64,000 bases of DNA, from NCBI RefSeq assembly GCF_009914755.1, contig NC_060925.1; one strand, written 5' to 3'. The translations under genes and the position numbers were made by a program. The notes under the pieces were generated by a model. That model was not told where the DNA came from. It saw nothing but the letters and a program-made list of their open reading frames with translations, and ran no database searches. Positions 42,926 to 58,336 of the stretch are shown one piece after another. Position 1 is the stretch's first letter. Every line of letters starts with the position of its first letter. Origin of the DNA: the human T2T-CHM13v2.0 reference genome, Homo sapiens.

Positions 42926-45499
42926 TTTTTATGTCCTCAATTAGTTTATGAACTATTGGAAGGGAAGTGTTAAGTCATTCTTTATTTTGAATACTGCTGA
43001 GTAATTACTGTGTAATAGAGTTGAATAAGGCTTATTGGATGTAGAAGTGAATTTTCACAGAAAGAAAAATGAGGAGGGCTGTGGTAACCCATGAGTGATT
43101 TTTGCTTGTTTTGTTAAGGGAAAAACATACAGCATGGCGAGTTAGCAATGTGGAGACTAATGCTGCTCTAAGTGAGGGATTGTCTCACAGTGACGAAAAC
43201 GTCTTGCTACTGAAATCTTTTAAACCACAATAATTTTTAAAAGATTCCAAGATAAATAATTCGTATGTCTTGAATTTAGAATGAGGCCAAAATTCTGCAG
43301 GGAAGGAATGAACCAAAAAAGAGAAGATGTAAGTATGAATCAACATGAAAAATGAAACTGTATTAGAAAATAAGTTTGGCTAAATTCTGGGAAGGTACCT
43401 TGCCTCTCTCACACACACACACACACAAAACCTTATTGAAGAGATTAAAGCCGAAGTCATCTACATAGTTCAGTTACTAACATTCAGTGATGTAATCTAT
43501 ATAAACTGTAATATTCAATCAACTGAAGGATTAGCAGTTTATAAAAAAAGATTCTGGTACTACATAGAAACCACAATGAGATTAATACATTGCCAGAATA
43601 AGAAATGCTATTAAATTTCCAATAATAAAATGCTGATGCAAATCAACATATACTATAATAAATTCTTATCCAATGAAAATGTACATGGTTAAAAATAGGC
43701 TGAAATAAGCTGGCAAGAAAAGAAGTATAGCGCCACACGTATGTACCTATGTGGGAAGAGAGAAATACAGTAAATAAGCCTGATAAACAGAGGACTCAAA
43801 TGGGTATGATGAAATCTATGAGTGCACCCAAGAAGATGATGTCCTGCCTGTCTCCTTGTTATTGTTTTTCTCCAATCTTTACACCTGGACCTACTTGACC
43901 CTGTGTACAGTACTTGGCTTTGTTTCAGATGCTGGAACCAAATCAAGGAAATGTAATGAGCCCTAAGTTAAGAGTTCACTCATCCAACCTCAAGTAAAAG
44001 CTGTTACTAATTCCTCTCTGACTTTGAGCCTTACCTAATTCTCATCCTCTGCCTCTTAAATGATGGAAGTGAGTCAGTCCCTCCTTTGTTTTCTGATTCT
44101 TTTGTTCCTAAGACGTGGCTGCTTTAGCATCCTGCTCAGGAACATATCATTTTCACCCCTTTCCTTCTTTGCTACAACATACAATCAATTCTTCTAAGTC
44201 TAAACGTACAACCAATTCTTCCTTTTGCTTTGCTACCAAATATAGAAAAATAGATTATAAGGCTTTGAACCATGTAAATTGAAAAAGCACTTAAAATATT
44301 ACAAATCAAATTTTCTTTCCATTGAGGAAAGAATGGACATTCTGCAAGAACAAGTGAAAGAAAGTTAAGAAGAATGTTGCACCCTTTACATCTCGGTACT
44401 GAAGCACAGGGTCCACAGCAAACCCATCTGCACCTGACCATTGAGCCAGCACTTCAGCATCACATTCCAGGCTACTGGTGGAGTGAAAGATCTACTGTGC
44501 TCCGCGATACCTTTGGAAACACAATTAATTTACTTAGGTCTTCAATAGAGTTTTGTTAAACCCTTGCAATATGCCAACCAATGTGTTAGCTATTAGAGAG
44601 TCGTAGATGAATGAGCTGTGATTTTTGCCTTCAAGGAGCTCACTGTCTTGGTTGAGGAGAAGAGAAGGAGTTATGCTAATACATAATTATTGAGGTGGCT
44701 TTTGCCTTCAAGGAGCCCACTGTCTTGGTTGAGGAGAATAAAAGGAGTTTCTTTACATAAGAAATACATGCTAATACATAATTATTGCAGTGAAGAGGTG
44801 ACGAGCTTTGGGATTTGGTGAAATTCAGACACTCTGATTAGTCACAACAAAGCTGTATAATGTCAGTCATAATTGGAATACAGTTTTATTTGAAAGTGTT
44901 TACTTTTTATCTCTTGAGAAGAAATCATGAAACTGTGATGGAAGATAAATATAAGGATTAAAAAATAGTAATCTCTAATTTAAAACTCTTACAGTATAGC
45001 AAGGGAAAAGAAATATCTATGTTCGGTGACATTAAAAAATAAAATCAACACCGTAATAATTACAATTTGGTTCAGCTTGAATAAACTGATAAAGGGCCTA
45101 ATGACAAGAAACTGTTCTTAGAAGGTGGTTAGAGAAAAATGTTGAGAATAGTGGAGTTTTAAACCAGAACCTTAAGGTAATAATGGAAATAAATTATACT
45201 CCTATAGCTAAGTCTAGGTAATAGTTTATGCTATTAGTAAATTTGGTTGAAGGATGACAATTAAATATTGTTAGCTAAAGTAAAAAGAGGGTCAAATTGC
45301 TGATCAATAAAATATGAGTTAAGAGTTGGGATGGAGAAGGTTGAATTTAGGCTCGTGTGGATGTAGGGACTTGTGTGACAACCAATGGGCAGGTCTTGAG
45401 ATTTTAAAACTAAGAGTCTAGTGAAACAGAAATCTAGTGGCTATGAGAGTCTGAAAGGCAGAAATTTAGGAGTCAGCTGCCAGCGTAGAGGTAGTGATT

Positions 45500-45950
45500 C
45501 ACTTCTTCATTCATTAGTCTAATGTTTATTGATCATTTATTATGTTCCAAGAAGTGTTCTAGGCACAAGAGGTGAGGCCCCAAACTGTATATAACTTATA
45601 TCCTAGCAGAAGGAATGAGAAATAAACAGAGAACAAAGAAACAAATGAGAACATCACCATATAAAAATTGCAATGCAAAAAATGAAAGTGAATAATAATG
45701 GAAGGAAGAGACTGACTTGTTCTTTAAAATTTGGGGGTGAGGAAAGAAAGTGGGTAGGGAAATGCTCTTTGAAAAGGTGGCATTTAAACTGAGACCTGAA
45801 GTCATACACACAGGGGTGTGTGGTTGGGAAGATCCTACTCTGGTGGAAGTATTCCCAGAAGACAGGCTAAATTCAAAACCCTGGGAGGCCAGTGTGGTCA
45901 AGGAGAAGACAAGAAACAAAATGGGTAAGCAAGCAAGATGAATAAGGAAC
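45500..45950. mobile_element. L2 3'-end fragment
   Basis: CATTCATT...ATGTTTATTGATCATTTATTATGTTCCAAG...GGTGGCATTTAAACTGAGACCTGAAG. Confidence 0.65.
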
Positions 45951-48274
45951 CCAAGAAGGAAGGACTTCGGGAACTTAAAACACAATTCTGAGGTATATAG
46001 AAGCTGAGAACTAGCTCAGAGAGGAGAGCACCAGGGACCAAGGTGTGGGCATAGTTGTAAGGACTCTGTCACAGATAAATTGGGGCAAAGTCAGAATTTA
46101 ATACACAATTTGCTGTAAGTAAGGTAACCAGAAGTTAGCTTGGAACTGAGCAATGTTTTCTGATGTAGGCCTTTAATAATTAATAATGATAATAATGACT
46201 ATTATAGTATTCTATTCATCTACTTGTGATAGCCTTCTGTTTTCTTTCTTTGCCTTCATAGCTTTTACTCATCTTTGCCCAATGATTGAAATTCTGTTCC
46301 ATCTTCCTTGACCCAGCTCCCAAATCTTGGCAGTTTAGGAGTCTTTACTCACCAATCCTCTAATACACAGTGTATTGCTTTTCCTAGATACTCACATTGC
46401 TTTCTGTTTGTATTTTTATACGTTGTGCCTATGTGAAGTTTCTCAGGGTGAGGGCCTATGTCGTATTCTTCTTTGTATCCCAATTAACTAACATAGTGTC
46501 CAAAACGAAAAAAGTACTCAGTGTATGTTTATTGATTGCATAAATGAATGAAAGTATATGTAGTTAATAGTTTACTCAAATCCTTTGTGAAATTAGGCAG
46601 AGCAAATATATAAAATAGTAATAGTTAAAATGTACAATATATATAATATATGGCAGGTGCTTTACTTAAATTATGTCTTAATTTTCACAGTAAGTCAATG
46701 TAGTAGAAAATAAACACATATACCCTTTAGATATGAATAAACTTGAGCTCAGAATGGATAAAAGGTAGTAGCAAGGTCATACATCTGATGATAGGCAAGG
46801 ATGGGAAACAATGTTGAGGTCTTCCCACTACCTACATATTCTATCCAATTTGCCAGTGCACAGAGCGGATGAGGTTGAACACATTAATGTGTGTGAAGAA
46901 AGGAAAATTTCCTGTTGGAGGGCAGACAGTTCTTGATTGCTATGAACTTTTTTTGATTTTGTAGGCAATGAAGAGCAATGTAAGCTTTTGAGTGGTAGGA
47001 TAACTGTAATATATTATGATGAAAATGATTATTGAGATAGTTATTCTTACTACTCTGGCTACTTTCTACAGGCTGAATTACAGAGAGACCAGTGAGGAGT
47101 TTATGACATCCCCCAGTTGTGGAGTTGTGAAGAATAGAGTTGGGGCCCTGGAAATAGAAAAAAAAAATAATTTAAGTGATACTGAGTGGGATAAAATAAC
47201 GGAACTTAAAATCTCATTAGATGTGAAATTACAAGGAGAGAGTTCATTCAAATATAGCTTCAGGAATATGAATGGATTTCAAAAGCATTAGGGAATTTGG
47301 TGCAGCATCTAACTTGAGGAAGGGCTAAACCCTGCTTAACGTTCATTACAAATTTTAAACATTCTAATGTCCATTTAAAAATCGTGAAATGGGTGAATGC
47401 AGATCAGTGCACAATCCATGTCTCAGTTCCTCACCTTACCAGTAAACTGGTAAGAGTTTTCTTAGGTGATCTCAAGGATCATTGTCCTCTCTAAATTCAT
47501 AAAATTCTTTGAATTAGAGCCACTTCTTTCCTCTATCTAACCCTCTCTTTCCTTTCATCTTCTTATTTCAAAATTAGCCCTGAAAGAGACCATTTCTGGA
47601 TGCACAAATGTGTACATATATACATAAATGTATGTGTATATATACAAGTATATAATTAGAAAACTTTTCCAGATTTTGTACATACAAAGTGCATTTTTTT
47701 TTGTTTTCAAGGCCTGGAAATGTTTGTGACTTTGCTTTTTAGATTCAGTAAGCATTGCTCAACATAACCACCTGATATTTTTTAAACTGCTTAGGATGGG
47801 GCTGATCAGTTTTCTGTTGTGGTTTCCTCTATAGCAATCATTTGATAAAATTCAACGGTTTACCCTAATTTTAATGATTTCAGTGTGTCACACCCTTCAT
47901 AAATGGCCAAGAAACCCTGCTGTCCTCAATCATCAAGTTCAAGTATGTTACAGAGTCTTCAAAGTTCATTCTTAAAATTGATATGATAAATAGCAGCATA
48001 CGAGTTGATGTTAATTATGACCCAGAATTCAAGCATCATGCCTTATCTTAAAAAAAAGCTCAACCAGAATTAGGGAGCATGATTGGGTAACACAAAGGAG
48101 AAGCATTACAGGAAAGCACATTATCATATATTAAATACAGAATACAGCTTTGGAAATTGTGGTGTCAATTCATCACATTGCCTTTTGAATTAATTGAGAT
48201 GAACTATTGAGTCTACTATCCAGAATTTTAAAACCACAAGAGGAAAAAAGGACTTACAATACTAAGTAGAGGGG

Positions 48275-48800
48275 ATTCATTCATTTGAAAATATTTATTG
48301 AATATCAATTATTAACATGTGCAGGCATCATGTTGGGAATTGCTTATATGACAGAGCACAAAATAGTCCCTTCCCTCCCAAAGCTTATTGTCTAGTCTAT
48401 AAAACTGGTAGGAAATGTAAGTGTTGCATAAGTGATGAGAAGTTTTAAGATGGAGAATTACAGGTGAAATGGAACAAAAGGACAGAAGCTAGACTTTGGG
48501 TAGAGGAAAGGGGGATGTTGACATGGTAAGACCTTTCAGGAGGAAGTGACTTTTAAATTGAAAATTGAAAGTCATGCAGGCACCAGCAAGGCAGAGATGG
48601 TGGCAAAGGAATGGGCTATGTGTGAAAGTAATTAGATAGGAAAGACTATGGGATGCTCTTGAAATTGAAAGAAGTACAGTATTGCCTTGGAGTAAGGAGA
48701 AACAGGTGAGGCTGACTTGAATCAGGATGGGACCAGATATTTTGAGACCATGTTAAAGGAATTGGCGAGCCATGGAAGGAAAGTGACAAGATATTTGTGT
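48275..48800. mobile_element. L2 3'-end fragment
   Basis: ATTCATTCATTTGAAAATATTTATTGAA...GGAGGAAGTGACTTTT. Confidence 0.65.
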
Positions 48801-48871
48801 ACTAAAGTGATGATGACCATATTGCCTACTGTTAGGAAAAGATATGGGGAAAATGAGGAAAAGAGGGGAGC

Positions 48872-48873
<2 letters not shown>

Positions 48874-48906
<33 letters not shown>

Positions 48907-48912
48907 TGTGTG
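48874..48912. repeat. (GT)n microsatellite
   Basis: Direct reading. Confidence 0.95.
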
Positions 48913-50639
48913 ATGAAAAATATATTGGATTGCTCTAAATCTGGGCAGTAAGGGAATGCTATCTGGCAGATTGTATTAACTGAAGAGACAGCAAATGGAA
49001 GTTTGGGATAATGATTTATCACATTATTATGCAATCTAACGAAGTCTTCCTTCTTGATGATCACACTCCTTAAGAGGTTGAAAACATTTGTACTGCAAAA
49101 AGAGTTTTAAGAGGGTAAAAGTTTCCTAGCTGTTCTGAAAAAAAGGTTTTAAGCCACGAATCCCAGACTTTTGGATATCAGGGATCAGGAGATCTCTTCC
49201 CTCCTTCACCCAGTAATAAACAAAAACAAAGTAATTCATATACAAATTTGGAATGCTATTTTAACACCAATGTTTAAGTCCATAATCTCGCAGTAAATGG
49301 TAAACCTTAGAATTCCTCTGAAAGGACAGTTAATGTCATTATTGTATATAGGATTTTTCTCATTTTTCTAGTTTGTCCACAAACTTACAACATTTTATCA
49401 CATAAATAATGTTACAGATACTAAATTTTGTAGACCCAGCTCTAACTATAGCAGAGATGGGATGAAAATTGGTACAGCCTTCACCTGTGAACCAAGCACC
49501 CCCAAAGTCACTTAAAGAGCTTGAAATATGCCTGAATTCCACAGCTGAGCTGTTTAGGATAGACTAGAAGGAGGCTTAATCTCCCTATTCATGAAGAAGC
49601 CATATTATTAGTAGTTGCTTATTCATTAAAAGAGGGCAGATGTTTCTCAGCGAGTATTCCTTTGCGTGATGGCTGTTAGCTTTGGAAATATATCCCAGCA
49701 GAATGCCTTGATGACCACTCTCATGAGTCATTATGTTTTCATAAAAAGATGCTGAACGTGGCCTCAGAATAGGAACAGAAACTGAAAACCTCCTATTTTA
49801 AGACTTCCCTGACTTGTAATTTTTCTAAAGAACATACACATAAAATAAAATGGCTGTGTATATATTCATTTAGATTGAAACTATTCAGAAAATAATGATC
49901 AAGTGAACATTTCTGAAAACATGTTTGTTTCATATAGTAGGCACTGTATTTTTGTCTTTACAAATAGAAGTAAAGAGAAGTAATAGGTTATAAGAAAAGT
50001 TGATGAGTAATGATTCCCTTTTAACTTTATTCCTCGTTCATTCCTCTGGTGGAAGAGAGGTTTGGTAATAGGAAAATGTAATGCCATCTCTGCATAAAGC
50101 AGGTTTAAGAAGGTTTGTGAGTTTAATATTAACCTGGTGAAGAGTAAGACAAGCACATCTCTTACTAATATAGCAAGAAGAGTTTTTTTCAGAAGCTTAA
50201 ACTCCTTGCTTCCTTCATCATTCGTTACATATTTTAAAACTGCATGAACACTGTTATTATTGGTTTAAGTTCTGCTTATGCAAAATGGTGAAGGAAACAA
50301 GCAAACACACACCATGGGCTTTGAAATCAGGAATACTTGAGTTTAGATCTGTGTTTTAACACTTTGTAAATTAACTTAGGCAATTTGATCATTTTAGGCC
50401 TCATTTGTACAATGTAGGTAATAACTTGCTGCAGTGCAATTAAAAATTAAATGAGAATAAATATGTTTTCCAGACCATTAATAAATGCTTGCTATTCTCC
50501 TCTCATGTTCATTCTCCCTGTTCTTGCAGCCAATCCTCCCTTTCTACCCAGGTTCCTTTGGATGTCCAGAATCTTCTTCCATCTACGTGATCCAGGCTGC
50601 TTTTTACAAGGAGACGTAAAAATATTAATGTTCTAATGA

Positions 50640-50985
<346 letters not shown>

Positions 50986-53374
50986 TTGCCTTTTCACTTC
51001 ATTGTGGACTTGAACTGAGATTGTTAAAAAATGTTTATCAAAGTTTTGTTTGCAAAAGTGAAAAGGTTGAAAACAGTATAACACCTTAAAATAAGTGATT
51101 CTTTAATAAATTATTGTGTGTCCACACACTGTAAAATTATACAACCATTAAAAATATTTTATGGTCTTGGAGATGTTTCCAACATACTGTGAATAGAGAA
51201 AAACAGAGATGACAGAATAGTGTATAATCCTATCAAAATTATATCTACCAGCATAAATTTAAAAAAAAATTATAGACAACAAAACGCTAACCATTGTTAT
51301 ATTAGGGTGGTGGGATATATGATTTTTAAAATTATCTTTCTCTTGTGTAACTAGATACAATGGGTATGACTTCTATTCTATAGCACTAGATTAAGAAATG
51401 CCACATTTCTTTTGATAAGTCAAAGTTAAACTGCTCCTAACCCCCAACTGGCTAGGAAGTTTAATTTCAGGCATTATTGAAACTTCTTTCCCCTTCAATT
51501 TCTCCAAGCTGTGCAAGTGTCCTATGGATCTTGTAAAGCCTCAAACCTTTGAATAGAATCTTCTGGTTTAGTAATACGCTAGTTACTAATGGTAGATCCA
51601 TGCTCAAGCCATATCATGCCTTGAAATTTAAGAAATATTCTCCTACCTCTGCACCAAGCTTGAGTCTTGGGAACTCCTGCAAATATAGTCCAATGTTACC
51701 ATGGACACCATGCATTTTGTTATCCAAAATCTCTTCATTTCTCCTCAAATAGTTCTTCAAATTTTCATGTGGTAAAATTGTTTCCCAGTAAGAATAAACT
51801 GACTTTCCTAGTAAGGCATTATTTTATAAGGTAAGTGGCAATTTGAAGATTAAATATTTATAAATCTTATTAAATACATATTTAATATGTATTGCTATGT
51901 TATATTTATGCATTACTATGTATTATGTATTACTATACATTATGTATTCCTATTTATTACATATTGCTATGTAATATTATGCATTACCATGTATAAAGCA
52001 CTAAATTCCTAATTCTAAATCAAGTATCTGTTTCATCAATCTTATACAAATTATCTTCTACCATGTGGCCAGGTAGCCATTCCTCAGAAGTCTTGCTACC
52101 TGCTGTTAATGTGAGGAATGAGGGTTGCTGATACCGAGTCTAAATACATGAATCGTCTGAATCCTTCCTACCTTGCCTGAGTGTTTTGCTTCTTCTCATA
52201 ATTCTCCATAAGAATTTGGGCTATGCAAACATAATTGGGAAGGATGATGGTGGGAAGTTGGAAGGAGAGTGTAATAATCTCCATGTTTTGTACAGGGTGC
52301 TGCAGTAGTTGTACAAACTAAAAAGATTCCTTGACAATGGAACATAAAGTCATGATTTGGAATGGAGAAAGAAAAAAATACACATAGACACAAGAATGAA
52401 ACACAAAATTGGTACATTCATTTTCAAAACGTTTAACAATGAGTTTGTTACCTTTCTAATATAAATTTTAAAAAATCTTATCAGGAAACAAAACAAAGTA
52501 CGGGTAGATAAAAACTCCTAGCTTTTATTTTCCATTTCCTATTTGCTTGGAAGCTTTGACTTCTAATGCTCAATTAATTTATTTGTGAGTAGGCAATGGG
52601 AAATGGCTATAGAAAGAGATAAGTAAATTGAAGTCAAAGGCTTGGTTTGTCCTCCTCTGATGTTTAATTTTGGATGAATCACCTACCTTCTTAGAGCCAA
52701 TGGTTTCCTATTTTTTAGAGTGGAATGGTAACACTGCAGGCTGTGGCCATGCTGCCAGGACCTGATCTCTATAACCCTAGCTTATCCCAGAAGTCACACA
52801 CAGTTCCAGTATATGTCACCCATATACTAGGAGGACTTCCCTAAGCACTCACATCTGACTCTTTGAGGACTTAGAAGCAGAGGACACATTACAAAATTCT
52901 AAAGGTTTTCCTATCACAGGGCTTTAAACATCACTGTGAATAAATGATCAAATAAATGAATCATTTATTGGGTGAATGGGTAATATTTATTAAGCAAATA
53001 TCATATCCAAAGAGCATACTGTGTGAGAGTTGGTAGAACATTCCAAAATAAATGATCATACAGAACCTAAACCTTGCTACCCATGTTTAATACAAATATC
53101 AGAGTGGCTATTAAGGAAAATGGAACTATTTAGAGAGCAAAGTGAAAGGGAGTTTGTCATTTTAGACTGTGATTTAGAGGAAAAGAATCATAAACTCTTT
53201 TTAATATCTTAGTGATAAATCACAATATTATCTGACATTACAGTGCTTTCTTTAACTGTAGCAAGTTATAAGCAAAAATGGATAGGCAACTGTTTAGGAT
53301 ATTCATCTTTTGTCTTAAATTCAGTTCTTGGACTATCTTACTGTTTTCTGGGATGTAAAAATATCTCAATAGGT

Positions 53375-53545
53375 GTATTAGTCAGGGTTTTCTAGGGAAT
53401 CATAACCAATAGAATATATATATTCATAACCAATAGAATATATATATACACACACATACACATACACACATTCTATCATAACCAATAGAATATATATGTA
53501 TATATATACACACACACATATAAGAGGAGATTTATTATGGGAATC
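53375..53545 (-). mobile_element. MLT2 terminal fragment with triplicated CATAACCAATAGAATATATA unit
   Basis: TGTATTAGTCAGGGTTTTCTAG...GATTTATTATGGGAAT. Confidence 0.8.
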
Positions 53546-56156
53546 AAGCAGCAAAGAGCTTTTGAAGCTGCTCAGTCATTGGTTTTATAAATATAAGTAT
53601 AGGAATAGTGCTATTATCTTAGCCCTAGACAGCCAAATGTTCTATAAAAGTTCTCTACTGACATCTTTCAGAGTTCAGCTACATGGGAGGCACTGGAAAT
53701 TCACTTAGCAGTAATTCTTCCTACTCAGGATTACCTCAAAGCAAAGGACACAGGCTCTGCCTTTCTCACTGTCGTCAGTACATTTAAATTCCAAGAGCAC
53801 AAGTATTTTTAAAACCCTGCAAAGTGCCTGCCAGTCAGTTTCTGAGGTGAGTAATTGAGTTCGTGCCCATTCCTACAGAATTACTAAAACTAGACATGCA
53901 TTTGCTTTACCAAATTTAGAGGACTCTTAGAGAGCAGAAAACGATGTGTGAAATTATTGCCACAAGTAGGTAAAATGAATTAGGACAACTCAGTTTTATC
54001 AAAAGGTCCTGAACATGGTTTGTCTGTAGCCAAAATTTTCTAATGTGTGTTGTCATATTTATTGTTGACAGTATGACTATTTGTAATTTGTGATAAAATC
54101 TGAGAGTATTCTGATTTAATTTTTACTTCTACATCATCTGCAAAAGGAAAGAGGTATTTTTAAAGTGTAGTAATATAAATCAATAGGTAGTATAGAGAAG
54201 TGGATGGTATGGGTAGGGTAGTGAAATGACCTGAATTGTAGGAATGTCTATCTGTTAGTGAAGGCTAGGATGATTTTAAGACTGAAAAGGAGATGCAGGA
54301 GTAAAGATTGTATGGTAGTATATGTAAGTAATAGTAAAGCAAGAGTACAAGTTAATATTTTGATAGTAAAATGGACAGGAAAATGCAGATATAAAAATGT
54401 GAAGATAGAAACCAGAAGATAAATAAAGGAGTTGGGTGGGTTGAAGGAAGAAAAGGGGCAAGACTCTGACAATTGCTGATGTGGAAGAGAATAGTAGAAG
54501 GTTCCTAGCCTGGGTGCTTAGGATAATGGAGGCTTTAATTATCTATTAGTAACTCCACTACCACTGCTCCCTAACAGTCAGAGATTTGGTTGACTTGGGA
54601 CAAAGCTGAAAATATGGCCAAACAAAACTTGCTATGAGAGAGTGTGATACACTAGAAAAATTGTGGGCTTTGGAGTTGGACCGACTTGATTAAAATCCCA
54701 GCCTCACTACAAATTTTATATGCTTACTGAATATCGAGATTCTAAATAAAGAAAATAATGTCTCATTTCATGAATATAATGGTTAGTGATACAACAAATG
54801 TAGTACTAACACAAGTACCTGGCCCATTATAGGCTCTATATAAAGAGTAACAGTCAATCTTAGTAGTACTTTATTTGTTATAGTTTTCCTAATGTATTTA
54901 TTTAAAAAGGAGGGAAAAGTTTAATTAAGCAGTAATAATTTGTTTAATGAGTTCAATTCAAAGTAAGAGAAAAGTATTGCTTCCGTTGTTTAGGTCAAAA
55001 GATCTTTGCAAATGTAGGTGTAACTACTAGTAGATATTTAGCTATAAAATATAGGTCTTATTGTTCACAGATACACTCTCCTGAAAAATGTAGTTTCATC
55101 ATAACATCTGATTTTTAAATTCATGGTAAATACATTTTAATTAGGGTCCATTTCATCCTTACTTCTTGTTAGTTTTATATTGTCAGTAATTTATCAGTGT
55201 GTGTGTGGATTGGAGGGTATTAAAAAAATAAAATGTCTATTCTTTAGTAATGATGGAGATGGCAGTGGCAGGTAGAGTGCTATTTAGGTGTCAGGTTTAA
55301 GATATCTTTGACCCTGATATCATGGAAAACAAATTCAACAAACATCCATTGAGCTCCCAATGTGTTATAAACTTCAGGTGAAAAGAGGGTTTATTAACAT
55401 GAGAAAGACTTGCCTTGTGCCCTGATGGAATATAAAATATTTTTTTTCTTGTATAGCCAAGTATAATACATGATCAGTGCTCTAATGAGCATTCTCATAC
55501 AAGTAGAATAATGAATTCTGCTGGACAGGGAAAAGGGTAGGGAAATTTTCCAGACAAGATAGTACTTGAGCTAAGCCTTGCAGGTTGAGTAGGATTATTC
55601 TAGTGGAATTTAGGGAAACGATGTGCAAGGAGAATAGTCTCTTAGTTTGAATGAAAGGTAGAGGTCAATTAGTGGGATGCCAGAAAACTTGACAAGGTGA
55701 GAAAATCATTTTCTGTGACTTGCTATTTTACTAACCTGATTGATTTTGTTAATACCTAAAAAGAGAAATGATTCATGTTAATTATATTCACAGATACAAA
55801 TAAGTAGCAAAAATATCAACTTATTATTTTACTATAAATACAGTTGGACCAGAAGACTCAAGCATAGCCTGTGGAATAGAAGGATACATTATTATAAGTA
55901 AATTAGTTGATTGGTAGCCATTTTCTGATTTTACCTGCAATCTGGATTAGATTCCCTATTCAACTCTCTCTTAGTACCCTATGCTGGCTAATCATCTTCA
56001 TTTTCTATCCAGATTTAATTCTCATATACTACCTCATTACCCTGCTCAAGTTTATCAGAAACAAAGCAGTTTCATATAGTTAGAGCAGAAGATAGGTGAA
56101 TTGGAAATAGTAAAAAAGATAACAGAAAACAACTCCACATAAAGAAAGAAAAATCA

Positions 56157-56970
56157 TTCAAAAGAAGACATTTATGCAGCCAACAGACACATGAAAAAAT
56201 GCTCATCATCACTGGTCATCAGAGAAATGCAAATCAAAACCACAATGAGATACCATCTCACACCAGTTAGAATGGCGATCATTAAAAAGTCAGGAAACAA
56301 CAGATGCTGGAGAGGATGTGGAGAAATAGGAACATTTTTACAGTGTTGGTGGGAATGTAAACTAGTTCAACCATTGTGGAAGACAGTGTGGCAATTCCTC
56401 AAGGACCTAGAACTAGAAATACCATTTGATTCAGCCATCCCATTACTGGGTATATACCCAAAGGATTATAAATTGTGCTACTATAAAGGCACATGCACAT
56501 GTATGTTTATTGTGGCACTATTCACAATAGCAAAAACTTGGAACCAACCCAAATGTCCATCAATGATAGACTGGATTAAGAAAATGTGACACATATACCC
56601 CACGGAATACTATGCAGCCATAAAAATGATGAGTTCATGTCCTTTGCAGGGACATGGATGAACCTGGAAACCATCATTCTGAACAAACTATCACAAGCAC
56701 AGAAAACCAAACACCCCATGTTCTCACTCATAGGTGGTAATTGAACAATGAGAACACTTGGACACAGGGCGGGGAACATCACACACGGGGGCCTGTCGTG
56801 GGATGAGGGGCAGGGGGAGGGATAGCATCAGGAGAAATACCTAATGTAAATGACGAGTTAATGGGTGCAGTAAACCAGCATGGCACATGTATACCTATGT
56901 AACAAACCTGCACGTTGTGCACATGTACCCTAGAACTTAAAGTAAAATTAAAAAAAAGAAAGAAAGAAAA
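56157..56970 (+). mobile_element. 5'-truncated L1PA (3' ~0.8 kb)
   Basis: ORF 56191-56589 is the L1 ORF2p C-terminus; 3' UTR and A tail; TSD AAGAAAGAAAAATCA. Confidence 0.97.
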
Positions 56971-57914
56971 ATCAATCATACAAACATCAGGGTTCCCCCT
57001 CCCAACCCCCTGGGGTTTTTGAGCCATGGCTTTTGACAAGTAGGTGTTCTTTGTTAGTTAATTTGGCCAGTTTTGGGGTTGTTCCTTTTGATTACTTATC
57101 TAGTTCTTAGCTTATTATTCTCTTTCTAAAATTTTAAAGATGTGGAAAATTACTAGCAAACTGCATGAAACTTATTAGCTGGAAATAGTGCAAATGGTAG
57201 AATTGGATTCAAAGAAGCTGCTATGATATTTCTCAGTTTCAGATGGGTCCCAGATGACTAATCTTTGTTGATGGACAAACCAAGTGGAGAGGGGTCTTCA
57301 GACATAATTGATCCTATAGACTGAAGCACGCTATGGAAGTCAGGGCCTATCTTACCTAAGGTGGAAGCAGAGGTTTTTGAAGTCAGTAGGTCAATGCTGA
57401 AAATATTTTTGGAGGAAATTGGGCAAAGTGAAGACGGCAAATCTGAACTTGTACTATCCACCTAGGGGTCTATGTGAACAGTGAGATCACAAGTAGTGAG
57501 CCAAAATAGATGAGATAAGGAGGCCATAGAACCACAAAATGGGTAAATGGGATTTGGTCTGCACTGATTCCAGAGAGGAAAAGACATACCTGCAGCAGCC
57601 TTTATTCATTATAAAGGTGGAGATAAATCAGCTTCATTTAGTAAGGCGGGAAAGAGACAAACTTCTCCCCGTATATATTAACCCTAACCATGACATATAA
57701 TGACATTTTCTTTAAAAGCGTTTAAATAAATTTTTTATCTTTAATGCATGACACACTATTGGATATCATCTGGAAATATTGAGAGCTATAACTTTTTGTT
57801 ATCAAAAAAGCACTAGAGCACTTTTTTTGTGCTCTATAAGCAAGCACTGTGAAGCTGCTTTTCCAGGGAGTCTTTTTTATCAGAGTCTTAGAACGAACAT
57901 GCCCTGCAGTATAG

Positions 57915-58336
<422 letters not shown>

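Noticed and set aside
56191-56589. 132-aa ORF
   Set aside because: L1 ORF2p C-terminus of a truncated L1PA.
57455-57475. CTCF-like CCACCTAGGGGTC
   Set aside because: Poor match to the core motif; expected by chance.
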